Below, in pieces: positions 13,941-25,925 of a stretch of DNA of 64,000 bases (positions are counted from its first letter, which is position 1; every line of letters begins with the position of its first letter). Origin of the DNA: Torpedo marmorata (lineage: Eukaryota). The stretch is taken from contig OZ360246.1 of NCBI GenBank assembly GCA_977017645.1, positions 20,026,001-20,090,000 of the forward strand, read 5' to 3'. Position numbers and translations under genes: made by a program. The notes beneath the pieces are model-generated. The model saw nothing but the letters and a program-made list of their open reading frames with translations, made no database searches and was not told the origin of the DNA.

Positions 13941-14317
13941 CTCTAAAGGAATGCCAAGGCAAAAATGGGATGAGGTCCCTTTTAGAAATCTAGAAAAGAG
14001 AATAAGGCAGGACTTCAAAGGTCGTGATCTCCAGCTTTCTACTGCTGTCATGCACAAGTGAGAACAGAAAAAGGAAGAGAGTACAGATTAACGCATGCTG
14101 GAGAGATGGTGCAGATGGGAGAGCACTGGGGCCTGTTCTAGCACGCTGGGACCTGTATGAGCTGCAGTGGTTGCACTTTAACAGGGAGTTGCAATCAATT
14201 CAACAGCGAGTTTTTGCTTGTGCCTTTAAGGAGGATTTAAATGATTTTAGCATGGATTTGTGAATTTGAGTGCAGATTTAGAAAGAAAATAAGCAAAACT
14301 GGAAGTGGATATTAGAT

Positions 14318-14494
14318 TAAAATAAAAACACAATGCTGGAGAAACTCAGTGGGTCAACAGTGCATATAGCAAAGATAAAGATACAAAACCAATGTTTCAG
14401 GCTTGAGCCCTTCATCAAGGTATCTCCAGCAAGTTTCTCCAGCATAGTGTTATTACTTTAATCACGGTGTCTGCAGACTGTCATGTTTTACTCT
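14318..14494. mobile_element. Short PLE terminal-repeat insertion, partly inverted
   Basis: Minus-orientation repeat with hammerhead motif (14391-14420) followed by a plus-orientation tail; flanked by agtggatattagat (14304-14317) and agtggacattagat (14495-14508). Confidence 0.7.
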
Positions 14495-15504
14495 AGTGGA
14501 CATTAGATGCTGACGTGAGGAATGATCGAGCAGGTTGGGTCCTAAAGATCAGGAATGGAAGCTCAAATGTTCAAATTTTCAGGTGAGATAGTTACAGCTG
14601 GTTGTAATATTGATTAAATAAATAATTATGGTTGTGGTGAAAGATAATATGCTGGAAGGTTCAGTAAATAATAACATAGGTTAAATTGATAGACAGAAAG
14701 GGAGTACAAAAGCAAAAATCTGCCGATGCTGGAAACCCAGAATAAAAGCAGAAAATGCTAGAAATCCTCAGCTGAGTATTTCCATACACCTGTGAGAATA
14801 CTTAAGATCCTCAGTCAGAGGACAATGGAAGAGTAAATATAGAGAGAAACTGCTGAGAAATGCAATTATGTTCGGCAAAAACTGTCAGAAATTTTAACTA
14901 ACCTGATATTAACTGTGATAGAATCAAGATAAGAGATGCAGAGGATGCATAGTTCTTCAAATTCAATGTGCTTTAGCCTGTACACATCACATGCATGGAG
15001 AGGGTCATTTGGACTCAGTTTTAGAAAAATAAATTAGCCTTAAATCAAATCAGTGAGACAGCATTTTGAGACGAGTGATTATGATTCGGTCAGATATATA
15101 TTCAGTTATATATATAGTTGGTATGGAAAGCACAAAGATGGACTAGGAGCAAGATTTGGGTACAGTGCTTATTGAAACAGCACATATTCTTACAAAGCAG
15201 TTGGAACATGTAGACACTGTAATTAACAAGAACAATGGAATATTGGCTGGGTTAAACAAACTGAAATGAAATATTATAAGAAATTCAACATCGTTGTTGG
15301 TAGATAAACTCACAGGCCTTGCTGAATCTATTTAACCTGTCAAAAGAATCAACAGAGAAATAATAGAAGTTCTGACCTTCATTTTTCAATCCTCTCTGGT
15401 TACTGCCATAGTGCCAGAGAATGCTGCTTATGTGCTGGAATTGTTCATGAAGAGATAGAAAGAAACTGGAGATCAGCCAAACTAATTTGTTGCTTTCTCC
15501 AATT

Positions 15505-18075
15505 GGAGAAACACACCCCACCCTCTATCTCCACCCTCGGACCTCCCCAACCCTCCCCCTCCCCCCAACACCCTCCACAACACCGATCCCCACTCTAACC
15601 CCTGATTGGTTTTTACTATCCCCTCCGACCTTCCCCTCCCTGAGACGGAGCGCTCGGTCCTCAGTAGAGGCCTCACCTTCGTCCCCTCCGCCAACACCTC
15701 AACGAGTTCCGCGCACGCCGCGATGCTGAACTCTTCTTCCGTCGCCTCCGCCTCTGGGCTCACTTCCATGACTGTGACTCTCCATCCCCCACCCAAGACC
15801 CTTTCTCCCGCTTCAAGCCTTCTTCCTCTTCCTGGACACCTCGTCCTGGCCAGCTGCCCGCTCTGGACCTTTTTATTTCCAACTGCCGCCGAGACATCAA
15901 CCGTCTCAACTTCACCACCCCCTCTCGTATTCCAAACTCACCTCCTCAGAACACTCTGCCCTCCACTCTCTCCGCAACAATCCCAACCTCACCATCAAAC
16001 CCGCAGACAAGGGCGGTGTGGTTGTGGTCTGGCGCACTGACCTCTACCTTGCCAAGGCCAGTCGACAGCTCTCAGACACCTCCTCCTACCGACCCCTCCC
16101 ACAGGACCCCACCACTACACATCAAGCCACCGTCTCCAACACCATCTCCGACCTCATCACCTTCGGTCACCTCCCCTCCACGGCCACCAACCTCATTCTC
16201 TCCCACCCCCGCACTGCCCGTTTCTACCTTCTACCCAAGATACACAAACCCAACCATCCGGGCAGACCCATTGTTTCTGCCTGCTCCTGCCCCACCGAAC
16301 TAGTTTCATCTTACCTTGACTCTATCTTTTCTCCCCTGGTCTAATCCCTCCCCACCTACATCCGCGACACCTCACATGCCCTCCATCTCCTCAATGACTT
16401 CAGATTCCCTGAACCGGACCGCATCATCTTCATCATGGATGTCCAATACCTTTATACCTCTATCCCCCACTCAGAAGGTCTGAAAGCACTTCGCTTCTTC
16501 CTGGACCAAAGACCCGACCAGTCACCCTCTACCACCACCCTCCTCCGCCTGGCAGAACTTGTCCTCACTCTCAATAACTTCTCCTTTACCTCATCCCACT
16601 TCCTCCAAATCAAAGAAGTAGCCATGGGTACCCGCATGGGTCCCAGCTACGCCTGCCTGTTTGTGGGCTTTGTGGAGCAATCCATGCTGCAAGCCTACAC
16701 AGGCAAGACCCCTCATCTCTTCCTCCGTTATATCGACAACTACATCAGGGCTGCCTCATGCACCCGCGATGAGCTTGTCAACTTCATCCACTTCGCATCC
16801 AACTTCCACCCCGATCTCAAACTCACCTGGTCCATCTCCGATAACACTCTCCCCTTCCTGGATCTCTCTGTCTCCATCTCAGGAGACAAGCTTTCCACCG
16901 ACATTTACTACAAACCCTTCAACTCCCACAACTATCTGGACTACACTTCCTCATACCCTGTCCCCTGCAAGGATTCCATCCCCTTCTCTCAATTTCTCTG
17001 TCTCCGCCACATCTGTTCCCAAGATGAGGTCTTCCAGTCCAGATCTTCTGAAATGTCTGCCTTCTTCCACAAACGTGGCTTTCCCTCCACCACCATCAAC
17101 TCAGCCCTCACCCGCATCTCCTCCATTTCCCGCTCATCTGCCCTGGCCCCCTCTGCCCCCAGACGCAACAAACATAGAATCCCCCTCATCCTCACCTACC
17201 ACCCCACCAGCCTCCGCATCCAACACATTATCCGTCGGAATTTCCTGCACTTACTACAGGATCCCACCACCAGACACATTTTTCTTCTTCTCCCCTCTCG
17301 GCATTCCGCAGGGACCGCTCCCTCCGCGATTCCCTCATGCACTCATCCCTCCCCACCCATCGCACCCCCGGCACCTTCCCCTGTGCCCGCAGGAGGTGCA
17401 ACACCTGCGCCCACACCTCCTCCCTCAACACAGTCCGGGGCCCCAAACAGGCCTTTCAAGTGAAGCTACACTTCACTTGTACATCCAGAGAACTTATTTA
17501 CTGCATCCGGTGCTCCCTTTGTGGCTTTCTCTACATTGGAGAGACCGGTCGTAGATTGGGAGATCGCTTTGCTGAGCACCTCCTCTCCGTCCGCAACAAC
17601 AGCGACCTCCCAGTAGCCAGCCATTTCAATTCTGAGTCACACTCCCACACTCACATGTCTGTCCATGGCCTTATGTACTATCCCACCCAGACTACCCGCA
17701 AATTGGAGGAACAACATCTCATTTTCCGTCTGGGCACTCTCCAGCCAGATGGCATTAACATTGACTTTTCTGCTTTCCACTAAACCTGCTTGTCTTTTCC
17801 TTCCCCTCCCCCCTCACCTGTCCTTCCAGTTTTTTTCCACCCACCCAGCCATCCCTCCTCCCCCTCTTTGCTGCTGTCCCCTCCCTCCTTTCTCCACCTA
17901 TCATCTCCTGCCTTTGCCACCCCCCTTCACCCCTCACTCTTTTGTTCGGATGCCTACCGGCATTTTCTCATACTTTGATGAAGGGCTCAAGCCCGAAACG
18001 TCGGTTATGTATTTCTACCTTTGCTACATAAAAGACACTGTTTGACCTGCTGAGTTTTTCCAGCATTTGTGTTCT
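15505..18075 (+). mobile_element. Penelope-like retroelement (RT plus GIY-YIG endonuclease), near full length, inactivated
   Basis: Motifs KPADKGG, RFYLLPKIHK..PGRPIVS, MDV..LYTSIPH, AMGTRMGPSYA, LRYID(N), LPFLD, a CxxxxCxxC linker and LIYCIRCSLCGFLYIGETGRRLGDRFAEH. Stop at 16342-16344 and frameshifts near 15950 and 17290. Confidence 0.93.
17968..18009 (+). ncRNA. Minimal hammerhead-ribozyme-like motif in the PLE 3' terminal repeat
   Basis: TTGATGA (17975-17981), agggctcaagccc, GAAA (17995-17998), C, GTC (18000-18002). Confidence 0.65.
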
Positions 18076-18089
18076 TTACCCTATATTCT

Positions 18090-18540
18090 GTCTTGGCAGT
18101 CACCAACCAGACAATGTCAATGTGGACTTATCCAATTTCCATTAACTCCCCTCCTCATTTTTTCTCATCCCCCTGTCTCCCTTCCTCCAGCTCCCCAGCC
18201 CCTTCCCTTCCTTCTCCTATCACAGAGCATTTTTCTCAGCCCTCTGACCCTCCCCCATCAGCACAGTCCGTTCCTGCATCCCCCTCCCACATTTATCCCC
18301 CTATCACCTGCTAGCCTGTGCTCCTGGCCCTTCCCCTCACCCATAACCCCCCCTCCCCTACCACCCCCCCCCCCCACTTTCTTATTCTGGCATCTGATTG
18401 ATTTTTGGCATTCCTGAAGAAGGGCTCAGGCCTGAAATGTCTGCTGCTTTTTGTTTTCCATGGATGATGCATGACCTGCTGAGTTTCTCCAGCACCTTTC
18501 TGTACTGCACTGGACCCCAGCGTCTCCAGACTTCTGGATA
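18090..18540 (+). mobile_element. Second, more diverged PLE terminal repeat in tandem with the element
   Basis: Pyrimidine-rich tract, then CTGAAGA-agggctcaggcct-GAAA-TGTC (18414-18441) and gacctgctgagtttctccagca. Confidence 0.7.
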
Positions 18541-19149
18541 ATTTTCTTTTGTAGATTGTCCTTTCTCTTTTCCATTCCTAATCTTTACACTATGTATTCT
18601 CCCATTGCAACTTGAAATGTCCTTGATCCCCAGCCTCAATCTAGCAACGATCCCGAGAAGATAATCGTAAAGCAAGTTCTGAACTAATTTTAAAAGTTCC
18701 TCCTCATTTTCTTTTTCCTTACATCATCTCACTTAATATTTAGATAATTAAAATCCCCCAGTATATCCGTTCTACAGCTTTTGAATACCTCAGTATTTTT
18801 GCTGGTTTGTTCCTCTATCTTTCTCTCATTGTTTGGTGGGCTATCCGATATTCATGGTGACATAATCATATCCCTTCTGCTTCCCAAATATAACCAAATA
18901 GATGTCATCCTTGCCCATTCAAGTACATCTATTTCAAATATTACAATGACTTCCTTAATAAATTCTTCCTTAATCACCCATCTTCTTTCCCTTCCATGTC
19001 GTTTCCGAACAATTTGTACCTGTGAACATTAAGCGCCAAGTCTACACACTATTAAGCTACATTTTTGTCATTGCAACATTATATTCACACACAGGGCACA
19101 GAAATATTCTCACACCTGCCATGTTACATACGTCTGTTCTCGTGTTTTT

Positions 19150-19320
19150 AAAATTTTTAAATTTAGACATACAGAGTCCGTGCCGCCCAATTTACACCCC
19201 ATTAACCTACACCCCCGGTACGTTTTGAAGGGTGGGAGGAAACCGGAGCCCCCGGAGAAAACCCACGCAGACACGGGGAGAACGTACAAACTCCTTACAG
19301 ACAGCGTGGGATTCGAATTA
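19150..19320 (-). mobile_element. V-SINE (tRNA-derived) fragment
   Basis: The minus strand shows ttcgaatccc (B box) and the V-domain gagtttgtacgttctccccgtgtctgcgtgggttttctccggg...ggtttcctccca. Confidence 0.8.
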
Positions 19321-19481
19321 ATACTTGTTAGACTGCTCCAAATGAACATGATACTATTTGGTTAAGGTAGCGGAGGGTAGGCTGGGGGAGAAAAGTCCAT
19401 CACCGTGAGGTGGAGAACACAAGGAGTAGTTAATGCAACACCAAAACTTTATTGGTCTATAACACAATTTTGAGGTTTACC

Positions 19482-20784
19482 CAGGGCCGGCGCTACCACT
19501 AGGCGAACTAGGCAACTGCCTAGGGTGCAGACCTCAGAGGGGTGCAGTCAGGGTGGCTAGACGTCCGGTGTGTAGGGGCTAAATGTGCAAAAGCGTACTT
19601 ACTTTATTAGTCGGCGTCCCGGGGTCCTTTGGCTGGGCATGGCCATCTTTATTCTTGTGCGCATGCGCAAGTGCTGGCCGGAGCATGCGCGATGGATTTG
19701 AGTACCAGGGCCGGCCGGCGCATGCGCGGTGGGTTAGTTACTGGGGCCGGTTGGCGCGTGCGCAGTGGGACCGCAGACGGGGGAACGTTTAGCGCAGGCA
19801 CGTAGTTCTGGCGCGATCGGCAGTGCTTCAGTCGACGTCGAGTGGAGTAGTGTGGCGGGCTTTGAAGGAAGGTGAGTGAATATTCATTTCTTTCAGTTCT
19901 TTATTTACACTGTATGAATGCATGTATTGTATGGCCTGTTTACTGTGCTGTAGTGTTCTGTGGTTCTGTGGTCTAGTTACATTTTGCTCAGGGTTCTCTA
20001 TCAATGTATTGCAAGTTCTCACAGTTGTTGTTGTGTAATATGGAGATACTATCCTTCCAGGCAGTTCTTAAAGACACATGTAATCAACTTTATTATTGGT
20101 ATAGTTTATGCTGTCTCACAGTGGTGCAATTAATAGAGCTACTACCTCACAACTCCAGCGATCTGGCTTCTGCCCTGAACTCTGCCACTGTCTGTGTGCA
20201 GTTTGCACATTCTCCCTGTGACCATGGGAGCTTCCTCTAGATGCTTCAATTTCCTCTCGAATCTCAAAGATGTGGGCAGGTAGATTATTGGCCATTGCTG
20301 TAGTGTGTAAGTGAGTTGTAGAATCTGGGGGGAAAATGATAGAAATGTGGGAAAATAAAAAAAAGGGAATAGCATAGATTTGTAAAAATGGTTACGGGAA
20401 AGTCAGAGCAAACTTGATGGGCCATAGGGGCATTTTCATACTGCATCATTCTTGTGGAAAAAAATGGACACTGGAAGGTATATAGACTTAAAGGTGTGTG
20501 AAGTGAAAGGTTTTAATGTTGTGTTGCCCTTGGCGGAGGTATGCATTCTACCGAGTGCCCTTTAGTTCAAAATGATTTGTGTGCCAAAATATTTTCTTTT
20601 GTGTTTGAGAAAGATAATCAAAGATTGATGTATTACTTATTCTTGTAATTTAAAATAAATTTAGCTGTTTCAAGATTTGTGCTTTTAATTTTTTCTACAA
20701 AACATCTGTTTTTGAAAATCGGTTGGCAATTTCTTTTGGGGGGCTGCAAGTAGTTGGCCTCGCCTCGGGCGCAAAATAGCCCTG
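19482..20784. mobile_element. Non-autonomous hAT element with CAGGGC termini, containing a CpG-rich block and a nested V-SINE (about 20115-20450)
   Basis: Starts cagggccggcgc...taggcgaactaggc and ends gcctcgcctcgggcgcaaaatagccctg. 8-bp flanks ggtttacc (19474-19481) and tgtttacc (20785-20792). Confidence 0.7.
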
Positions 20785-21639
20785 TGTTTACCCTGAGTGA
20801 TATTAACACCCATTTTCACTTTTTATTTTCTGAAGATTCCAGGAAAATTCCTGTGTGCTGTGCAGTGTCAAAGATTGGGAACTATTGGCAAATGATTTCG
20901 ATTAAGATTTAAAGTTCTGTGTTTTCCCCCTCTCTCTCTCCACTCTCTGTATCAGGATTGCGCGGCAACCGCCTGTGGGCACAAGTAATAGACTGCGCTG
21001 AGTGACTTATTGGATCCAAACGAGGTTTCTCGAGATCTTTCGGGTTTGCTCTGTGGTTTCAATGAAACGTGAAAGAAAGTCAAAGTACAAAGAGTGACAA
21101 GGGCAGTCAGCGCTGCCTCGGGCGACGCTGTTTGCAGCACTGATAGTCCGGGCTTCAGATGCGTGCCCTGCACGTCATCAATCAGTCCCTGTGATCTGTA
21201 TTGAGTGCAGAAAGAGGGTGTGAAGGAAGCAGAAAAAGGGACACTGGTCACAAAACCAGATCCAGCCGTTTAAAAGTCTTTTTCTTTAAGTACTGAATGC
21301 TTTGGGCAAAAATCTGAGGTGGGGGTGGGGCTGTATTTAAAGGGAGAGAAACAATTGGAAACTGGGTCTAAATGTGACAACAAATGAATTCAATTCGCAG
21401 AAAACTAATTTGCACATCAGATGACAATGGAATCTGTGACCAGCCTGGTGGCAATTAAAGGAGAGCCCGTGTCACAGCTTGAAGAGGACGGTGTGAGTGA
21501 CTGACAAATGGAGCTAATTTCTCGTAATTTAATCCCTTCACTTTCATATTTCAGTTTGCTGATGGAAGCCGATTTCTTAAAACACAGTTTAACCCTTTTG
21601 AATATCTCACGAGTTGACACACAACTTCACACTGCATCC

Positions 21640-22090
21640 CCTACTCAAAATCTGAGCACCCTCCCCATTCCCCTCTCCCATTGGGTGGCTGAATCAGCAC
21701 CCTTGGTCATATCCCTTTCCCATTGGGTGACTGAGTCAGCATTCAGAGTCATACCCCTTTCCTATTGGGTGACTGAGTCAGCATCCATAGTCATACCCTT
21801 CTACTATTGGGTGACTAAGTTAGCACCAATGGTCATAATCCCTTTCCCACTGGATAACTGTCACTGCCCATAGTCATGCCCCTTTCCTATTGGGTGACTG
21901 AGTCAGCATCCATGGTCCTATCCCTCTCCATTGAATGACTGAGCACTAACTTCCATACCCTCTCCCATTGGGTGACTGGATCAGCATCTCCTGTAACACT
22001 CTTCCACCACGAGGTGACTCAGATCACACCCACTGACACTCCATTGCCCCACTGAGTGATTGAGTCAACATCCAAAGTCATACTCCTATT
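21640..22090. repeat. Degenerate tandem repeat of about 41 bp (ccctttcccattgggtgactgagtcagcatccatagtcata); further units near 22455-22640
   Basis: About 10 units visible, several containing TGAGTCAGCA. Confidence 0.8.
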
Positions 22091-22777
22091 ATAGAATCAT
22101 TCAGCATGGAAACAGGCTATTTGGCCCAACTCAGCATGCCATCCATAATTAATCTCATTGTGCAGCAGTTGGCCCATAGCACTCTATGCCTAAGTGATTC
22201 ATGTGTTCATCTTAAATGCTGTCAGTGACTCAGTTCCAACTCTTTCAGACATTGCATTCCAGGTACTTACCATCTGCACATCCCCTCTGACTTTCACCCC
22301 CCTTGCCATAAACCAATGTCCTCAGGTCTTATCTACCTCTGAGAGTGCGGAGATGTTTCCTACAGTCTACCTATCATAATATTATATACCTCAAGCATGC
22401 CCCCTCTTCATGTCTTCCACGCCAGGGTAAACAGACATAGCTTCTCCAGTCTCTCCTCCTCCTATGGTGACTGAGTTGGGACTCATCCCTTCCTTCTGGG
22501 GTGACGGAATCATAGTCACTCCCCTTCCCTCAGTAGGTGACTCAGCAACTCCCATTGACACCTCTCCCACTTGCATTGCTGCTCACTGCCTTATGGCACT
22601 CCTTCCACTGACTGGCAGTGAACTAGCATCCAATGCTAATGCAAATTCCACAGGACAAGCCAGTGGGACCATCCTGTGCTGACCCTACCAAGCTTTGTCA
22701 CTCTGCTGAGGTGCCCCAGTGAAGCAAGCATGAATTTGGTGTCAGTATGAAACCAGTCCCAGGAGAGCCCACCAGAC

Positions 22778-23008
22778 TAAAGGTAAAGGTTCCATTATTG
22801 TCACGTAATACTACATTTAGAATGTAACATACATGAAATTCTTTAATTTTTGTCCACCGTAAGGCAGACAGAGGGTCGCTACTTTGTCTAGCGCCCCTCA
22901 CAGAAACCTACAGCACCTGGTGTTCCTTGGCGGTCTCCCCTCCAAGTACTGACCAGTCCTGTGCCTGCTTAGCTTCCGAGATCAGACAATCCCAGTTGTA
23001 TTCAGGCT
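22778..23008 (-). mobile_element. 5S rRNA-derived SINE (SINE3-like) or retroposed 5S pseudogene with a tail
   Basis: Minus strand 23008-22904 reads ...gtctgatctcggaagctaagcagg..ggactggtcagtacttggaggggagaccgcc..ggaacaccaggtgctgtaggttt, matching 5S rRNA with A and C boxes, followed by about 125 nt of non-5S sequence ending in (accttt)2. Confidence 0.85.
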
Positions 23009-25439
23009 ATTGGTGCTGTACTAGTTAGACAAGCTGCAACATGACGAGTAATCACATCAGTAAGTCTAGAAATCTTCTACAATGTCCACCATAAATACAC
23101 CCCTGCATTTCACCCTTACTGAGAACTGCAGTGAGAGAGAGCATAATGCACCTGTCATCCTGACTGAATGCTTGACTTCTTTCCCATTCAAACATTCCAT
23201 CCTGTCCAAAATTATATTCCTGCCAATACGTAGTAAGAGGACCTTCCAAACACACATTGCTGCCAGCAACAACAATCTCAATCAACAAATACAAATCCTG
23301 CTTCCTGAATGGAGCAGGGGCCATTCCAGGAGAGCGGTGGGGGGGGGGGGGGTTTACTCTGTACTTAATCCAAATTTGATGCTACATCAGAGAGGAAGTT
23401 CTACAATGTTTGTAATTCAAATTGTACCCCCTCAACTGTTGAACAATGGGGAGGGGGTTAATTTCCTCGGAATTACTGCCAATTCCTGCACTGATGGTAC
23501 GGGAAATTAACAGAAGAAACTTCACTCAGTTAATATATATTAAAAGTTCAGTGATTCTCAGATGGAGAACTGTGGGAAGTGGGATTATATTGAAGGGACT
23601 GGGAAGAAGTGTCAGGATATCTTTCAGCCAAAATAAAGCAAATTCATGAGCTTCAAAATAAATTGTGATGAGTGCAATTATGGGGATTTTCACGCCTCAT
23701 TCAATCTGTTCTAATTAATAGACCTGGACTGGACAGTGTTTGTGACTGAGCTTTGCTGGCTCCTGTCTGGCAGAGAACAGATGACAGGGATGATTTCTAT
23801 CTGGTCTCCATGTCACTTGGCTAATTGGCTGCAGTGAGTTAATGAAAAGTGAAAAGCTCCAGAAGGAAAGCATGGTGAGGGAATTGGGAGGAAGCAGGTG
23901 GATTGGGCAGTGGAAAGGGGAGGGAGGGGAAGGGAGGAGGCGAGTTTAGGGCATGAGGAGGAGGAGAGGGCATGAGAGGGATGTAGGGGGAGAAGGAAGC
24001 AGGGGAGGAGGAGGAAAGGATGCGGAAGGGAGGGAGCATGGGAGAGGGATGATAGGAGCAGAGGGGAGGGAGAAGGGAGTGAGGATGGGAGGAGGGAGGG
24101 GGGGTCGGAAGGATGGGAGGGAGGGAAAGGGAAGGGGATGAGAGGGAGGTGAGGGGTTGGAAGATGGAAGGGATGAGGGAGGGAAGGTCACTGTTTGAGA
24201 AGGAGCAGTGTGAGTGTATGTGCGTGGGGATTAGGTGTGGTGGATGGAGTGGTCCCTGGAGTAAGTGGAGTGAGCTAAATGCAGGGCATACATTTAGTGA
24301 ATACTGTCCTAGAAAAGGTTGGATTGTACAAACAACAGAAAGTGAATGAGGGTTAGGATATGATGAAAGGAAATGGTCAGAAGAGGCAAAGAAAGAATGT
24401 TCAGTGTTTGACGGTGATCAGGACTAAAGATGTTACTTAATTTGCCAGAAACCTACTGCCTAACGATTCAATCCCATTTGCACAGAGATCAATGATCCCA
24501 TAGTGACAGAAATGTGTACCTTGCATTGAGAGATCGTGTTTTCCACTTATCAGTGAAGGGAAGACTGTAGTAATTTTCTTTCAACTTCTACTTTCTTCAC
24601 TGTAACTTGGCCCTGCTATTTGTTCTAACTCACTGTTTCCTTTTACAATGCATGACATATTACAATCAATGTATGGTGCTTCTTGCTTCACCTCACCCAC
24701 CCGCCCCCCCCCCCCCCACACCGCCTCCAGCTTTTCGTGAGGATAGTGTCTTTGGCAATTAACCAGTGATGTGCTGGTCCTGTTAGTAAAAGATTTCATT
24801 CATGTTTGGGAAGACAACTAACTGCCTCTGCAGCAACTCAGAAATGTTTTGAGGAGGAGCATCGAAGATTTCACCCTCTGGATTTATCTCTCCAGAATAC
24901 TTAAGCAACAAGGAGAGATTATACTAAATGAGTCGGAACATCAATTCCAATTGATCTGTACTGGAACTCTTCTGCAGAAGAAAATGATGTAAAATTGAGT
25001 TAATAAATATGGTGTTCAATTACACACTTCTCATAATACCTCAATAATTTGAATTTATATGGAGCCTTAAACTTGGTAAAAATGGCTCAACAAAAATATG
25101 TCAAAGATAATAGAACATTCAGATCTTGAGAAATCAGGATGGATGACCAAGCTTGATCAAAGACATTGGTCTAAAGGAGGTGACAGCTAGGGGACTTTAA
25201 GGAAGGAATTTCAATGCCTAGAACATTGGAATCTGAATGCTAGCCTTCTTATAAATCAATAAAAATTGAGGCAGTGCGGAAGCTCAGAATTGGAGGAATA
25301 CTGAGTTGAAAATGAGAGGACTGGAGGAAGTCATAGACAGAGGGAAATGTGGAGAAGGGTTATGATTGCTGCAGAGAATTGGATCGGAGGTCAATCCACA
25401 GGACCATAACAGCGGCAGAGAGAATCACTGGGGTCTCCC

Positions 25440-25925
25440 TTCCCCCCCGCCCCCCCCATCGACGTGATCTACAGGGATCATTGTCAGAAGAGGGTGAGCA
25501 AAATCGTTGAAGACCCCTACCACCCCGCACACAGCATCTTTCAACTACTCCTGTCGAGAAAGAGATACAGGAGTATCAGAGCCAGCACCACCAGGCTGAG
25601 GAACAGCTTCTTCCCACAGGCGGCGAGACTGCTGAACGACTGATGAACTGCTCACACTAACCCTCTGAGACTCTACTATTTATTGAACAATATTTATTTA
25701 TACATATGTATATTTGTTCTGCATATGTATCGCTTGCCTGTATCAGACCAGCCATCATCTCATTGAATGACGGAGCAGGCTCGGATGGCCTACTCCTGCT
25801 CCTAATTCTTATGTTCTTATGTTTGTGTGTTATGTCTGGTTGTGTGTTTGCATGTTTTGCACCAAGGACTGGAGAACGCTGTTTCGTCAGATTGTACTTG
25901 TGCAATCGGATGATAAATAAACGAA
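25440..25925 (+). mobile_element. LINE 3' fragment (DUF1891-type C-terminus) with a small CR1-tail insert
   Basis: Encodes KIVEDPYHPAHSIFQLL...YRSIRASTTRLRNSFFPQAARLLN, followed by an AT-rich 3' UTR. A reverse-orientation relative of the UTR with a (cttga)n tail lies at about 26455-26705. Confidence 0.7.

Noticed and set aside
16729-16740. YIDN motif in the Penelope-like RT
   Set aside because: GAC AAC is the expected CpG-decay product of GAC GAC in a copy that already has stops and frameshifts.
22904-23008. Functional 5S rRNA gene
   Set aside because: The 5' end is diverged or truncated, there are many substitutions, it is solitary, and it is fused to a SINE-like tail.
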